Source: an uncultured Bryobacterales bacterium (GTDB taxonomy: Bacteria; Acidobacteriota; Terriglobia; Bryobacterales; Bryobacteraceae). Taken from it: DNA of 64,000 bases. The notes under the pieces are model-generated. The model was not told the DNA's origin and searched no databases. It worked only from the letters and a program-made list of their open reading frames with translations. The position numbers were made by a program, and so were the translations under genes. The stretch covers positions 40,103 through 104,102 of the forward strand of contig CALGAR010000018.1 in the NCBI GenBank assembly GCA_937959285.1. The letters are read 5' to 3'. Shown here in pieces: positions 45,965 to 55,888 of the stretch (the stretch's first letter is position 1; each line of letters starts with the position of its first letter).

Positions 45965-46054
45965 GCTCCGAGTATATTGCCGGAGAATTTTCGCTCAATA
46001 GCTCCGATAGGAATCGGCGTCTCAGTCGTCGCCGCTGCCCTATACTGAAGCGAA

Positions 46055-46528
46055 ATGAGCGTGATCGTTCGGCCCGTGAACTCTCCGGAAGACATTCCGG
46101 TGATTCGTGAGCTTTTCCTGGAGTATGCAGGTTCGTTGGGTTTCAGCCTCTGTTTTCAAGGCTTCGAACAGGAGGTTGCGACTCTCCCGGGACGCTATTC
46201 GCCTCCAGGCGGCGCCCTATACGTTGCCCTGTTGGACGGCGTCGCTTGCGGCTGCGTTGGGATAAGGAAGCTGGAGGACGGAGTTTGCGAGATGAAGCGG
46301 CTGTATGTGCGGCCGGCCGGGCGGGGAAGAGGCGCAGGACGGCGGCTGGCTGAAACGGCGGTTCGCTGGGCAAGGGAGGCAGGCTATCGGGAAATGAAGC
46401 TGGATACGCTGCCTTCGATGCAGACGGCGATCGCGCTTTACCGTTCGCTAGGCTTCATTGAAACGGCGCCTTACACGGAGAATCCGATTGCCGGAGCGAA
46501 GTTCCTCGCGCTTTCCCTCGCAAATTGA
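46055..46528 (+). CDS. GNAT family N-acetyltransferase
   Basis: Acetyl-CoA binding motif RGRGAGRRL (R/Q-x-x-G-x-G/A), with a Y...GF C-terminal segment. Confidence 0.85.
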   Translation: MSVIVRPVNSPEDIPVIRELFLEYAGSLGFSLCFQGFEQEVATLPGRYSPPGGALYVALLDGVACGCVGIRKLEDGVCEMKRLYVRPAGRGRGAGRRLAETAVRWAREAGYREMKLDTLPSMQTAIALYRSLGFIETAPYTENPIAGAKFLALSLAN

Positions 46529-46573
46529 AGCTCTCTACCAAGACAGTACCTTAGTCACGATATACTCTCGATC

Positions 46574-48217
46574 ATGCAGTCGTCAGGGAAAGAGGTCTTC
46601 GATGCCATTGTCGTCGGCTCTGGAGCGACGGGCGGATGGGCAGCGAAACAATTGACGGAAGCGGGCATGCGGGTCGCCATGCTCGAGGCCGGGCCGAAAA
46701 TCACTCCTAAGGATTTCACCGAGCACGTTCAAAGCTGGCAGTTGCCCTACCTCGGAATGTCCCCTCACATCCGGAAGGAACGGCCGATTCAAGGTCTGTG
46801 CTACGCCTGCCGCGAGCAGAACTACAAGTGGTTCGTCAACGATCTGGAAAATCCCTACGTTCAGGCGAAGCCTTTCCACTGGATCCGGATGCGCGTGCTG
46901 GGCGGGCGATCCTTAAGCTGGGGCCGCCAGAGCTACCGAATGAGCGATCTGGACTTCAAGGCGGCATCCCACGACGGCTATGGCGACGACTGGCCGATCT
47001 CTTATCAGGACCTGGTGCCGTACTACGAAATCGTGGAGCGTTTTGTCGGCATCAGCGGCCAGGCCGAAAACCTCCCGCAACTTCCGGACAGCATCTTCCT
47101 CCCGCCGATGGAGATGACGTGCGGCGAGCTGGCGCTGCGCAAGGCGGTTTGGGACAAGTTCGGGCGCGTGGTGACGATCGGCCGCGTCGCCATTCTCACC
47201 AAGCCCCTTAACGGCCGGCAGGCATGCCACTACTGCGGCCCCTGCGAGCAGGGGTGCGCCACATACTCCTACTACAGCAGTCCGTTCACGACCATTGCCG
47301 CTGCGCAGAAAACCGGCCGCTTGACGCTGATCAGCGATGCTGTCGCCGCCCGGGTCCTGATGAAGGACGGGAAGGCCGATGGCGTCGAATACGTGGACCG
47401 CCTCACTCGCGATCTCCGGCAGGTACGCGGAAAGATCCTCGTGCTTTGCGCCTCCACGCTTGAATCCACGCGCCTCCTGTTGAACTCCGGGATCTGTAAT
47501 TCGAGCGGCGTCCTTGGTAAGTACCTGATGGATCACATCTATCAGGGAGGAGCTACGGGCATCATGCCGATGCTCGAGGCGAAGCCATGGGCTGGCATGC
47601 CGCGGCGGCCCAACGGCATCTATATTCCGCGCTTCCGGAACGTGAAGGAGAAGATGACCAACGGCTTCATTCGGGGCTATGGTTACCAGGGTGGAAGCAG
47701 CCCGGCCTTCGACTTCGGCGCTCCGGGATTCGGCGCCTCTTACAAAGAAGCTGTCCGCAAGGGCACGTGGCGTATCAACATCAGCCTTTGGGGCGAATGC
47801 CTGGCGCGTAAAGAGAATTACGTCGAGATCGACAAGAGCCGCGTCGACGCCTGGGGGATTCCCGTGCTCAAAATCCACGCGGACTGGAGCGACAACGAAA
47901 AGAAGCTCTGGGAGGACGGGCGGCAGCAGGCGGCGGAAATGCTGGAAGCTGCCGGAGCGAAGGAGGTGCAGCTCACTGGCCGCTATTCGGTTCCCGGCTT
48001 CTGCATCCATGAGGTCGGTACAGCGCGTATGGGCAACGACCCCAAGACCAGCGTGCTGAACCGCTACTGCCAGGCGCATGATGTCGAGAATCTGTTTGTC
48101 ACAGACGGCGCTGCCTGGGTCTCGAGCGGCTGCCAGAATCCGACGCTCACCATGATGGCCCTTACCGTGCGGACCTGCGACTACATCGTCCGGGAGTACG
48201 CAAAGAAGATCGTCTGA
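46574..48217 (+). CDS. GMC-family FAD-dependent oxidoreductase
   Basis: N-terminal Rossmann DAIVVGSGATGG and a C-terminal GMC_oxred_C-like region with HEVGTARMG and ENLFVTDG. Confidence 0.85.
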   Translation: MQSSGKEVFDAIVVGSGATGGWAAKQLTEAGMRVAMLEAGPKITPKDFTEHVQSWQLPYLGMSPHIRKERPIQGLCYACREQNYKWFVNDLENPYVQAKPFHWIRMRVLGGRSLSWGRQSYRMSDLDFKAASHDGYGDDWPISYQDLVPYYEIVERFVGISGQAENLPQLPDSIFLPPMEMTCGELALRKAVWDKFGRVVTIGRVAILTKPLNGRQACHYCGPCEQGCATYSYYSSPFTTIAAAQKTGRLTLISDAVAARVLMKDGKADGVEYVDRLTRDLRQVRGKILVLCASTLESTRLLLNSGICNSSGVLGKYLMDHIYQGGATGIMPMLEAKPWAGMPRRPNGIYIPRFRNVKEKMTNGFIRGYGYQGGSSPAFDFGAPGFGASYKEAVRKGTWRINISLWGECLARKENYVEIDKSRVDAWGIPVLKIHADWSDNEKKLWEDGRQQAAEMLEAAGAKEVQLTGRYSVPGFCIHEVGTARMGNDPKTSVLNRYCQAHDVENLFVTDGAAWVSSGCQNPTLTMMALTVRTCDYIVREYAKKIV

Positions 48218-48230
48218 ACAGCGCTGGCGG

Positions 48231-48995
48231 TTATCTTGTTTGCGAGTATTCGAGGCGGGCGCTGCCTCTGACCTGATCCGCCGGCGCGGCTGCCCGGCGC
48301 TTGCCGTGGAATGGCAGATGGAGAAGCCAGAAAAGGACCAGCGCCATGGCATCCGCGCAGAGGATGTATAAGGGCCAGGGGCCGAGGAAGTCGAGCAGCG
48401 TTCTATGGCTCGGCTTCTCTCTTAGAAACATATAGTTCGTTCCATACAAAGCGTCGAAAAGGCCGACCAGGAGCGTGATCACGTTCAGAGCGAGGAAAGC
48501 TCTCCATATTCCCTTGCGGCTAGGTTTGGCCTCTCCTGCAAGCACAAGGAACAGGACCGCGACGACGACGCCGCCGTGGTCGATAAAGAACTGGATCGTG
48601 GCGACCGACAGCACGGGCGCCCACAGATCCGGCGTCACCATGCTCAGCCACGCGCCGGTCAGGCCGTAGTAGTAGGCCAGGTCGAAGCACCAGGATGACA
48701 GCGTAAAGAGGGCGAAGATGGTAATCCAGAGCGTGACTGTCGACAACTGTAGCGGCAACTGCTCCGGAAAGCGAAGCCAGCCGCGCCCGTGCAGATATCC
48801 GTAGTAGTACAGTTCGCTGCCCATCAGGAGCACAGCCATGGCGATCCGGAAGCAGCGTTTTCTTTCCGGATATTTTTGTGCCCTTTGGGCCAGAAGAGCC
48901 GCGCCCAAGGGAATCAGGACCAGGAGAAAGAGGTGAAGGGGGCCGAATAGAACGAAATCCGTCTGCATCCGTCCGAACTCTACCGATTCAGACAC
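48231..48995 (-). CDS. Integral membrane protein (possibly the TIGR02206/YwaF-like family)
   Basis: Seven or so hydrophobic helices and the N-terminal FGPLHLFLL segment. The family assignment is tentative. Confidence 0.6.
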   Translation of the reverse strand: MSESVEFGRMQTDFVLFGPLHLFLLVLIPLGAALLAQRAQKYPERKRCFRIAMAVLLMGSELYYYGYLHGRGWLRFPEQLPLQLSTVTLWITIFALFTLSSWCFDLAYYYGLTGAWLSMVTPDLWAPVLSVATIQFFIDHGGVVVAVLFLVLAGEAKPSRKGIWRAFLALNVITLLVGLFDALYGTNYMFLREKPSHRTLLDFLGPWPLYILCADAMALVLFWLLHLPFHGKRRAAAPADQVRGSARLEYSQTR

Positions 48996-49078
48996 AGACC
49001 GCCGCCGCTCTGTTACGCCGGATTCCTCGCCGTTCCTGTTGCCCTTTCGGCCATCCCGTCCGTCTATACGAATGCCAG

Positions 49079-49408
49079 GTGGTCGTCGAGTTTCTCGTTT
49101 TCGTCGTTTTCTGTTACATCTTCTACGGCGTGTGGCTGGCCCGGCATCTCCTTAACAGGTGGCGGACTCGGCGCCGGGAGGCGACTCTTGTCCGGCTGGT
49201 AGCGTCGTTCGCCGGTAAGCCGGTGAGCGAGGCGCAACGTGCGCTGGGGCCGCCTGTCGAGATCCTGGACGGACCTTCCGGACGGAGGCTTTACGTGTGG
49301 CGTCCGCCTGCCTCCCGTGCGATCCCGCCAGCTCCCGGGGTCGTTGTCGTCACTACCACCGTGGAAGCCGACGGCACGGTGGCGGAGACGTCCTGGAGAA
49401 CGATTTGA
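49079..49408 (+). CDS. Small membrane-anchored hypothetical protein
   Basis: The in-frame GTG at 49079 is followed by one transmembrane helix (FLVFVVFCYIFYGVWLA) and a soluble domain of about 80 aa. The upstream part of the ORF overlaps the divergent gene. Confidence 0.4.
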   Translation: MVVEFLVFVVFCYIFYGVWLARHLLNRWRTRRREATLVRLVASFAGKPVSEAQRALGPPVEILDGPSGRRLYVWRPPASRAIPPAPGVVVVTTTVEADGTVAETSWRTI

Positions 49409-49459
49409 TCAGACGCCGCCCCAGCGCGGGCAGGCCGGGGTCGCCACAGCCGGCGAGGA

Positions 49460-50065
49460 TTATTTTCTTACCTGAAAGACGGCCAGCTCCGCAAACAGGT
49501 TGGGCGAGATGCGAACGCGGCGCGACCCGGAAAGGAAGTAGCGGCCCTCCACCTTCCACCCCTGATTCGCAACCAGGGCTTCGAAGTCGTCGACTGTGAG
49601 GAAGTGGACATTCGGCGAATCGTACCATTCGTACGGAAACAGCTTCGTCTTGGGCGCGCGTCCGGTCCAGAGGTGTGAGAGGCGCACTCGCCAGTGTCCG
49701 AAGTTCGGAAAGGCGACGATGGCGTGCGTGCCGATCCGCAGCATCTCCTGGAGCACGGCTAACGGCTTGCGCGTCTCCTGCAACGTCTGGCTGAGGATCA
49801 CGAAGTCGAAGGCTCCGTCGGGATAGTCGCCCAGGCAACGCTCGATGTCGCCCTGGTAAACCGTGACGCCGCGCGCGATGGCCCGCTGCACCTTGGCGCC
49901 CGATAACTCAACACCCCGGCCTTCCACCTTCTTGTGCTCGGAAAGCCATTGCAGCAGTTCGCCGTCGCCGCAACCCAAGTCAAGCACCCGGCTCTTCGGC
50001 GGGATGATTTCCGTGATGATGGCGAAGTCGCTGCGTTCGAGAAGCTCGGGACTGAAGTCGCTCAA
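49460..50065 (-). CDS. metW: Methionine biosynthesis protein MetW
   Basis: The SAM-MTase-like [12 protein letters not shown] motif, 201 aa, and a 4-nt overlap with metX. This is the classic metXW pair. Confidence 0.88.
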   Translation of the reverse strand: MSDFSPELLERSDFAIITEIIPPKSRVLDLGCGDGELLQWLSEHKKVEGRGVELSGAKVQRAIARGVTVYQGDIERCLGDYPDGAFDFVILSQTLQETRKPLAVLQEMLRIGTHAIVAFPNFGHWRVRLSHLWTGRAPKTKLFPYEWYDSPNVHFLTVDDFEALVANQGWKVEGRYFLSGSRRVRISPNLFAELAVFQVRK

Positions 50066-51180
50066 ACGTTCTCCCTGGCAACTCTGGCCAAAAAACCGCG
50101 GATGACCTCGGCTTGCTCGGCGACATCCACTAGAAAGGCATCATGGCCGTAGTTGGATGCGAGTTCACAGTAGGCGACGTCGCGGTTGCGGCTCCGCAAC
50201 GCGTTGACAATTTCAAGAGACTGATAGCTCGGATAGAGCCAGTCCGACGTGAAGCTGATGACCAGGAATCGAGCCTTCGTCTTCTCCAGCGCGGCCGCCA
50301 GCGACCCGTGCCCGTTCACCAGGTCGAAGTAATCCATTGCCTTCGTAATGTACAAGTACGAATTGGCATCGAAGCGGTCGACGAACTGGCTTCCCCGATA
50401 TCGCAGGTAGCTCTCGACCTCGAAGTCGACTTCAAAATCAAAGCCGTACTGCTCCCGGTGCCGCAGGCGGCGCCCGAACTTTTCACGCATTGAGTCGTCG
50501 CTCATATACGTGATGTGGCCCACCATGCGAGCGACCGCGAGCCCCCGTCCCGGTGGCTTGCGGCCGTAGTAGTTGCCGCCGTTCCAGTCCGGATCGGCCA
50601 TGATGGCCTGGCGGCCCACTTCGTTGAATGCGATCTGTTGGGCGCTGTGCCGCGCCGTCGTTGCAATTGGAATTGCGGACGCTACGGCATCGGGATATGA
50701 GACCGCCCACTGCAGCGCCTGCATTCCCCCCATCGATCCCCCGCAGACGCACAGCAGCCGCTCAATGCCAAGGGAATCGATCAGCATTTTTTGCAGCCGG
50801 ACGATATCGCCGATCGTGATGACCGGGAATGTCATGGCGTACGGACATCCGGTCGCGGGATTGATGGACGACGGCCCCGTTGTGCCGCGGCATCCGCCAA
50901 GCACGTTCGAACAGATAACGAAGTACCGGTCGGTATCGAACGCCTTACCAGGACCGATCATGTTGTCCCACCAGCCCGGCTTGCCATCGTGTCCGATTCC
51001 CGCCGCATGCGCGTCGCCGGAGAAGGCATGCAGGATCAGGACGGCGTTCGTTTTGTTCCGATTCAGTTCACCGTAAGTCTCGTAGGCCACGTCAACCGGC
51101 GACAGCGTGGCTCCGGAATCGAGCGACAGGGATTCAAATCGGGCCTGTTTGGGTTCGACTACCATGCGAGACGTATTCAA
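50062..51180 (-). CDS. metX: Homoserine O-acetyltransferase
   Basis: Alpha/beta hydrolase with the [12 protein letters not shown] nucleophile elbow and the [14 protein letters not shown]-terminal block typical of MetX. Confidence 0.9.
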   Translation of the reverse strand: MNTSRMVVEPKQARFESLSLDSGATLSPVDVAYETYGELNRNKTNAVLILHAFSGDAHAAGIGHDGKPGWWDNMIGPGKAFDTDRYFVICSNVLGGCRGTTGPSSINPATGCPYAMTFPVITIGDIVRLQKMLIDSLGIERLLCVCGGSMGGMQALQWAVSYPDAVASAIPIATTARHSAQQIAFNEVGRQAIMADPDWNGGNYYGRKPPGRGLAVARMVGHITYMSDDSMREKFGRRLRHREQYGFDFEVDFEVESYLRYRGSQFVDRFDANSYLYITKAMDYFDLVNGHGSLAAALEKTKARFLVISFTSDWLYPSYQSLEIVNALRSRNRDVAYCELASNYGHDAFLVDVAEQAEVIRGFLARVARENV

Positions 51181-51233
51181 CCTGATGATATCAAAGGGGA
51201 GGCGAAGCCCCGAAAATCTGGCGCGGAAACCGC

Positions 51234-52127
51234 CTACCTGTTCAGCATCCGGACGCCTGTCACAACGGCCGCCCCTCCAATCAATGTCGAGGCGCTAATC
51301 GGTTCTCGCAGCACGAATGTGGCGGACAGAACACCAAAGACCGGGACCAGATTGATGAAGACGGATGCGCGCGAGGCTCCAAGCTGGCCGACCCCTTTCA
51401 GATACAAGAGGAATGCGGTCGTGGTTCCGAAAATGCCGAGGAAGGCCGCCGCCATCCATGCCTTGGCGGACCACGATACGCCCGCAACTGGCCGCAGCGC
51501 GCCGAACATCAGCAGAAGCAGGCTCCCGAACCAGGTCGAATAGGCGGTGCTAGCCATCGGAGCAAGCCGGCCTGCGACGGTCCGCCCGAGGAGCGTATAC
51601 GCCACCCAGGAGAAAAGGCATCCCAGGATCCAAAGATCCCCCGAATTCAGCCCTGCCGCGAATAGCGCGGCGGGGTTTCCTTGAGAGAGGACGATCGCTG
51701 CGCCGATCAGGCTGATGAAGAGACCGGAAATCCTCAACACTGTCGCCCGCTCCTTCCACACAATGGCCGAGAAAAGAAAGACGATCGATGGCTGGAGCGA
51801 CGCCACCAGAGATGCACGGCCTGCCGGGACCGTCTTCAGCCCATTGAAGAAGCAAAGATTATAGAGGAAGACACCGCAGAAGCCCATCAGGGCGAGCCTG
51901 ACAGCAAGCTTTCCTGTGAGGCGCGGCCAGGGCCGGTTCAAAAGCATGAGGGCAAGAAGGCCCAGCGAGCCGAAGCTGAAACGAACCAGGGCGCCGTGGA
52001 TGGCCGGGATTCCCTCTGTTGAAATCACTCGTCCGCAGAGCCAGGAAAAGCCCCAAATCGCGGCAGTTGCTGTCAATTGCCAGTACGCGCTGAGATTGCT
52101 GGAGGCCTTAGGATCCGATGTGCGCAT
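51234..52127 (-). CDS. DMT-superfamily (EamA-like) transporter
   Basis: Ten transmembrane helices arranged as two EamA repeats. Confidence 0.8.
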   Translation of the reverse strand: MRTSDPKASSNLSAYWQLTATAAIWGFSWLCGRVISTEGIPAIHGALVRFSFGSLGLLALMLLNRPWPRLTGKLAVRLALMGFCGVFLYNLCFFNGLKTVPAGRASLVASLQPSIVFLFSAIVWKERATVLRISGLFISLIGAAIVLSQGNPAALFAAGLNSGDLWILGCLFSWVAYTLLGRTVAGRLAPMASTAYSTWFGSLLLLMFGALRPVAGVSWSAKAWMAAAFLGIFGTTTAFLLYLKGVGQLGASRASVFINLVPVFGVLSATFVLREPISASTLIGGAAVVTGVRMLNR

Positions 52128-52345
52128 GAACTACTATCATGACGCGTTCAAGGACCGGGCCTGAATCCGGACGAAAGTGTCCTGTTCCGCTGGCCTCCTG
52201 CACCGCACTGAGAGGCTTGTGAATTCGTGATTTTTTCCGTTGCTCCCCCAATCGGTCTATGGTATTGTGCCTAACACTCATTTGCCGGTTGGACGAACGG
52301 GGGCGAGTGAGCAGCCCTTTTTTTTCGCAGGGAAGGGATAAGACT

Positions 52346-55300
52346 ATGCTGAACCGAGTTGTTCTTCTCGCCAGCGCTGCGCTTTTGTCGGCCACGCTGA
52401 TCTTTGGTCAATCCACAGGCGCGGCCATCGGCGGTCAAGTAAATGATCCTACCGGCGCACCGATCTCCGGTGCTGTGGTAACGCTCAAGTCCACGTCTTC
52501 GGAGTTTGTTCGCAAACTGGCCACCGACGAAACGGGCAGCTTCTCCTTTCCCAATCTTCAGCAAGGCGGTTATGAGCTGGAGATTACCGCGAACGGCTTC
52601 AAGGTTTTCAGTCAGAAAAACATTACTCTCCGCCAGTACGAGAACGTTCGCCTCCCGGTCACGCTCGAAGTCGGCGAAACGAGCCAGCGCGTCGAGGTTA
52701 CTGAAAGCATCTCGGCGCTGAATGTCGAAACCCCTGAGGTAAAAGGAACATTGCCGCGCCGTGAGATCGAGTCGTTGCCGCTGCAGGTGGCAGGCGGCCA
52801 GCGCTCCGCTGCCACATTCGTCACTCTCCTGCCCGGGGTCTCTCCGGGCGGCGGTCAAGCCGGTGCGTTTGAGGCGCGATTTAACGGCGGCCAGCGTTTC
52901 TCCGATGAGGCGATCCTCGACGGCGTCACCATGCAGGAAGGCCTGTTAAGCCAGAGCGGCATGGTTGCCATTCAGAATGATTTTCCGATCGCGCCGGAAG
53001 CCGTCAATGAGATCTCTGTGCTGACCTCCAACTACGATGTCCAGTTCGGAGCGTCGAGCGCGGCCGTGATCATCGCCTCCACAAAATCAGGCACCAATGA
53101 ATTTCACGGCGGAGCCTACGAGTATCACCGCAACAGCGCGTTCAACGCTCGTCCCTGGGGAGCTGACACGCGCCCATTCACACTGCAGAACGACTTCGGC
53201 GGTTTCATCGGAGGTCCGGTCAAACTGAAGCCTGTCTGGAACTCGAAAGCGAAGACCTATTTCTTCTTCCATCACGAGCGCTTCCGTTCCGTCGGTTCGA
53301 CAACGGTTCCGATCATGACTTTGCCAACAGAAAAGATGCGGCGTGGTGACTTCAGCGAATGGAGGGACTCTCAGGGAAATCTGATTCCGATCTTCGATCC
53401 GGATACGACGCGCGTCAATCCGAACTACGACCCTAGCCAGCCCACGGGTCCGTCGAATCTGCCCTACTTACGGAATCAGTTCATGGGTTGCGACGGCCGG
53501 CAGCCGAACGTAATCTGTCCGTCGGATCCCCGGCTTCAGAGTTCCCTTGCGCAAGGCTGGCTGAAGCTGCTGCCGCCGACGAACCGGCCGGGAATCGTCG
53601 CAAACTACCAGGCCGAACGCGGCCTTGCCTCGTCCCTTAACGCAAACACGAACCAGTACGACGCGCGTGTTGACACGTATATCGGTGAGAAGGACCGGCT
53701 GTCGGGCACATACCACTATCGCGGAACGCTCGAGTTTGTACAGTGGGTCCTGCCGCGCCCGCTGGATACGAATAACACGAGATATCCCAATTACAGCCAC
53801 ATCATACGGGCAAACTGGGACCGCACCTTTTCGCCGACTTTGTTCAACAACTTCAACTTCGGCTATCTGGATCTTCCAACGAACGTAGTCAATTCATCGG
53901 ACTGCTGTGTGGATCAACTCCCAAAGATACAGGGAGTCTACGACAGCCAGAAGCACGGCTCGGCCATCCGCTTCGGCGACGGATATGCGGGTTTCACGGG
54001 CAACGCGGATTTCTACACGACGCGCCCGACATACGCCTTTAACGACACTTTGTCCTGGGTCAAGGGACGACATCAGTTCAAGTTTGGCGGAGAGTATCGC
54101 AGCGTCGGGTATCCGACATTTACGGAAGCCAATGGATCCGGAACGTTTAACTTCACGGGAGATACCACGGGACTTCGCGGACTTGTGAGCGGAAACTCGA
54201 TGGCGAGTTTCCTGCTAGGCGCTGTCTCGTCTGCTACCGTGCAGTACTACAGCCTGCCGAGGTGGAAGCCCACCGGCTACTCCTATGGCTTCTTTGTTGG
54301 AGACCAGATTCGGGTAACGAGCAAGTTAAACGTCAATGCCGGTGTGCGCTGGGATGTCTATCACCCATCGATGGAGGCCGAGGATCGGATGTCGTTCTTC
54401 GATCCGGTAGGGCCCAATCCGGGGGCGGGGGGCCGTCCGGGCCGGCTTGCGTTTGCCGGCACACGCTGGGGCGACGCCAGTTTCGGCCGCCGCGCGCCGG
54501 AAACCACATACTACCGGGCGATTGCACCGCGTCTCGGATTTGCCTATAACTTCCGCTCCCGCACTGTCATCCGGGTCGGCGCCGGTGTGTTCTTTATGCA
54601 GAATTTCTACCCGGGGTGGAATGGCGGCGTCGCTACGGACGGCTTCAATCAGACGGCCGCGTTCAGCGCCGGCCTGGGAGGGCTGGAGCCGGCTTTCCTG
54701 CTGCAGAACGGCGTGCCGCAGAACTTCGCGAAACCGCCGTTTGTAGATCCATCGTTCGCTAACGGCTTGAACGCTCCCAACTACCGTCCTTTTGATTCCA
54801 ACGAACTCCCGCGCTCTCAGCAGTGGAACTTCACGATTGAGCATCAGCTCACTCCGTCGATGTATCTGGCCGTGGGCTACGTAGGCAACAAAGGGACGCG
54901 TCTCCTTTCGCAAGTCAATCCAATCAATGTGCTCGATCCGGCCCTACTGTCGATGCGGGAACGGCTGTTTGACCAGTTTGCCCCCGGACAAACGGAGTTG
55001 CACGGTGTCCGGATTCCGTATGCCGGCTGGCGCGAGCAGATGAGGTCGTGTCCGCCATCCGTTGCACAGGCGCTTTTGCCGTTCCCTCAGTACTGCGGAG
55101 GCATCTACGGCCAGAACGAAAACGTCGGCAACTCCACATATCATTCCTTGCAGGTGAAGCTGGAGCACAGGTTCAACAACGGTCTGTTCTTCCTCACTTC
55201 TTACACGTGGTCGAAGACACTTACTTCGACAGACAGTGCGCAGTCCGGTTCGCAGAATCCCAGACTCTTCTCTCCTTATGAAATGAAGCGCAACAAGTCG

Positions 55301-55882
55301 CTTGCGGACCAGGACCAGCCGCACGTCTTCACTACAGCTGCCGATTATCACCTGCCTTTCGGGCGCGGAAAAAGGTTTGGAGGTAATGTCGGCCCGGTTC
55401 TGAACCATTTGATCGGTGGCTGGGAGCTTTCGGGTATTTTCCGCGCGAATGCCGGCTTGCCGGTCCGCTTCAGCTCGAGCTACTGCAATGTGCCGTCGCA
55501 GTTCCAGGCGGCTTGCGTCCCCGGGCTGATTCCCGGCCAGAAACCACTGCTGCAGGACAACGATAACTTTGACCCGAATCTTCCCAGATACAACATTGCC
55601 GCGCTGGAGCCGGCCTCGTCGTTCAACTTCTACTGGGGGAAGGGAAGCCGCTACACAAACGTCAGAGGGTTCCCGTACACGAATTTCGACATCTCGCTGT
55701 ATAAGAACATCACGATCGCCGAGCGGGTCCGTATCCAGCTCCGGTTTGAGTCGTTCAACACGTTCAACCAGCACATCTTGACGTCATTCGATACGAACGT
55801 GGCGAGCCCGAATTTCGGCCGGTGGACAGGAGGGGTGTCGGCTCCGAGAAACTTCCAGCTCGGCTCGAAAGTAACTTTCTAA
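52346..55882 (+). CDS. TonB-dependent receptor with an N-terminal carboxypeptidase-regulatory-like domain
   Basis: Signal peptide, a CarboxypepD_reg-like segment (GQVNDPTGAPISGAVVTLKS...TDETGSFSFPNLQQGGYELE), a plug, and a long beta-barrel ending in ...NFQLGSKVTF (terminal aromatic). Start is the ATG at 52346, with GGAAGGGA upstream. Confidence 0.88.
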   Translation: MLNRVVLLASAALLSATLIFGQSTGAAIGGQVNDPTGAPISGAVVTLKSTSSEFVRKLATDETGSFSFPNLQQGGYELEITANGFKVFSQKNITLRQYENVRLPVTLEVGETSQRVEVTESISALNVETPEVKGTLPRREIESLPLQVAGGQRSAATFVTLLPGVSPGGGQAGAFEARFNGGQRFSDEAILDGVTMQEGLLSQSGMVAIQNDFPIAPEAVNEISVLTSNYDVQFGASSAAVIIASTKSGTNEFHGGAYEYHRNSAFNARPWGADTRPFTLQNDFGGFIGGPVKLKPVWNSKAKTYFFFHHERFRSVGSTTVPIMTLPTEKMRRGDFSEWRDSQGNLIPIFDPDTTRVNPNYDPSQPTGPSNLPYLRNQFMGCDGRQPNVICPSDPRLQSSLAQGWLKLLPPTNRPGIVANYQAERGLASSLNANTNQYDARVDTYIGEKDRLSGTYHYRGTLEFVQWVLPRPLDTNNTRYPNYSHIIRANWDRTFSPTLFNNFNFGYLDLPTNVVNSSDCCVDQLPKIQGVYDSQKHGSAIRFGDGYAGFTGNADFYTTRPTYAFNDTLSWVKGRHQFKFGGEYRSVGYPTFTEANGSGTFNFTGDTTGLRGLVSGNSMASFLLGAVSSATVQYYSLPRWKPTGYSYGFFVGDQIRVTSKLNVNAGVRWDVYHPSMEAEDRMSFFDPVGPNPGAGGRPGRLAFAGTRWGDASFGRRAPETTYYRAIAPRLGFAYNFRSRTVIRVGAGVFFMQNFYPGWNGGVATDGFNQTAAFSAGLGGLEPAFLLQNGVPQNFAKPPFVDPSFANGLNAPNYRPFDSNELPRSQQWNFTIEHQLTPSMYLAVGYVGNKGTRLLSQVNPINVLDPALLSMRERLFDQFAPGQTELHGVRIPYAGWREQMRSCPPSVAQALLPFPQYCGGIYGQNENVGNSTYHSLQVKLEHRFNNGLFFLTSYTWSKTLTSTDSAQSGSQNPRLFSPYEMKRNKSLADQDQPHVFTTAADYHLPFGRGKRFGGNVGPVLNHLIGGWELSGIFRANAGLPVRFSSSYCNVPSQFQAACVPGLIPGQKPLLQDNDNFDPNLPRYNIAALEPASSFNFYWGKGSRYTNVRGFPYTNFDISLYKNITIAERVRIQLRFESFNTFNQHILTSFDTNVASPNFGRWTGGVSAPRNFQLGSKVTF

Positions 55883-55888
55883 GAGGAG

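Noticed and set aside
46913-48352. 479-aa ORF antisense to the GMC oxidoreductase. Similar shorter cases occur at 10828-11676 (purB), 25321-26244 (methyltransferase) and 54944-55774 (TonB receptor).
   Set aside because: The 46913-48352 ORF is codon-aligned with the sense gene (low coordinates congruent to 2 mod 3 for both), and its translation has no recognisable motifs. I did not check frame alignment for the three shorter ORFs; they lie opposite genes with strong family motifs and have junk-like translations, so I treat them as the same artefact.
52128-52345. Possible SAM or cobalamin riboswitch in the 218-nt region between eamA-metX-metW (minus strand) and the TonB receptor (plus strand)
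   Set aside because: Only fragmentary resemblances were found: TGAATCCGGAC and GCACTG on the plus strand, and GCAGGAGGCCAGC, which is B12-box-like, on the minus strand. They have the wrong order and spacing, and the SAM-I core (GGAGGGA...GGCCC...AGATGAG) is absent. The GGGC-N9-GCCC plus T8 element at about 52301-52328 has only a 4-bp stem. A covariance-model scan would be needed to revive this idea.
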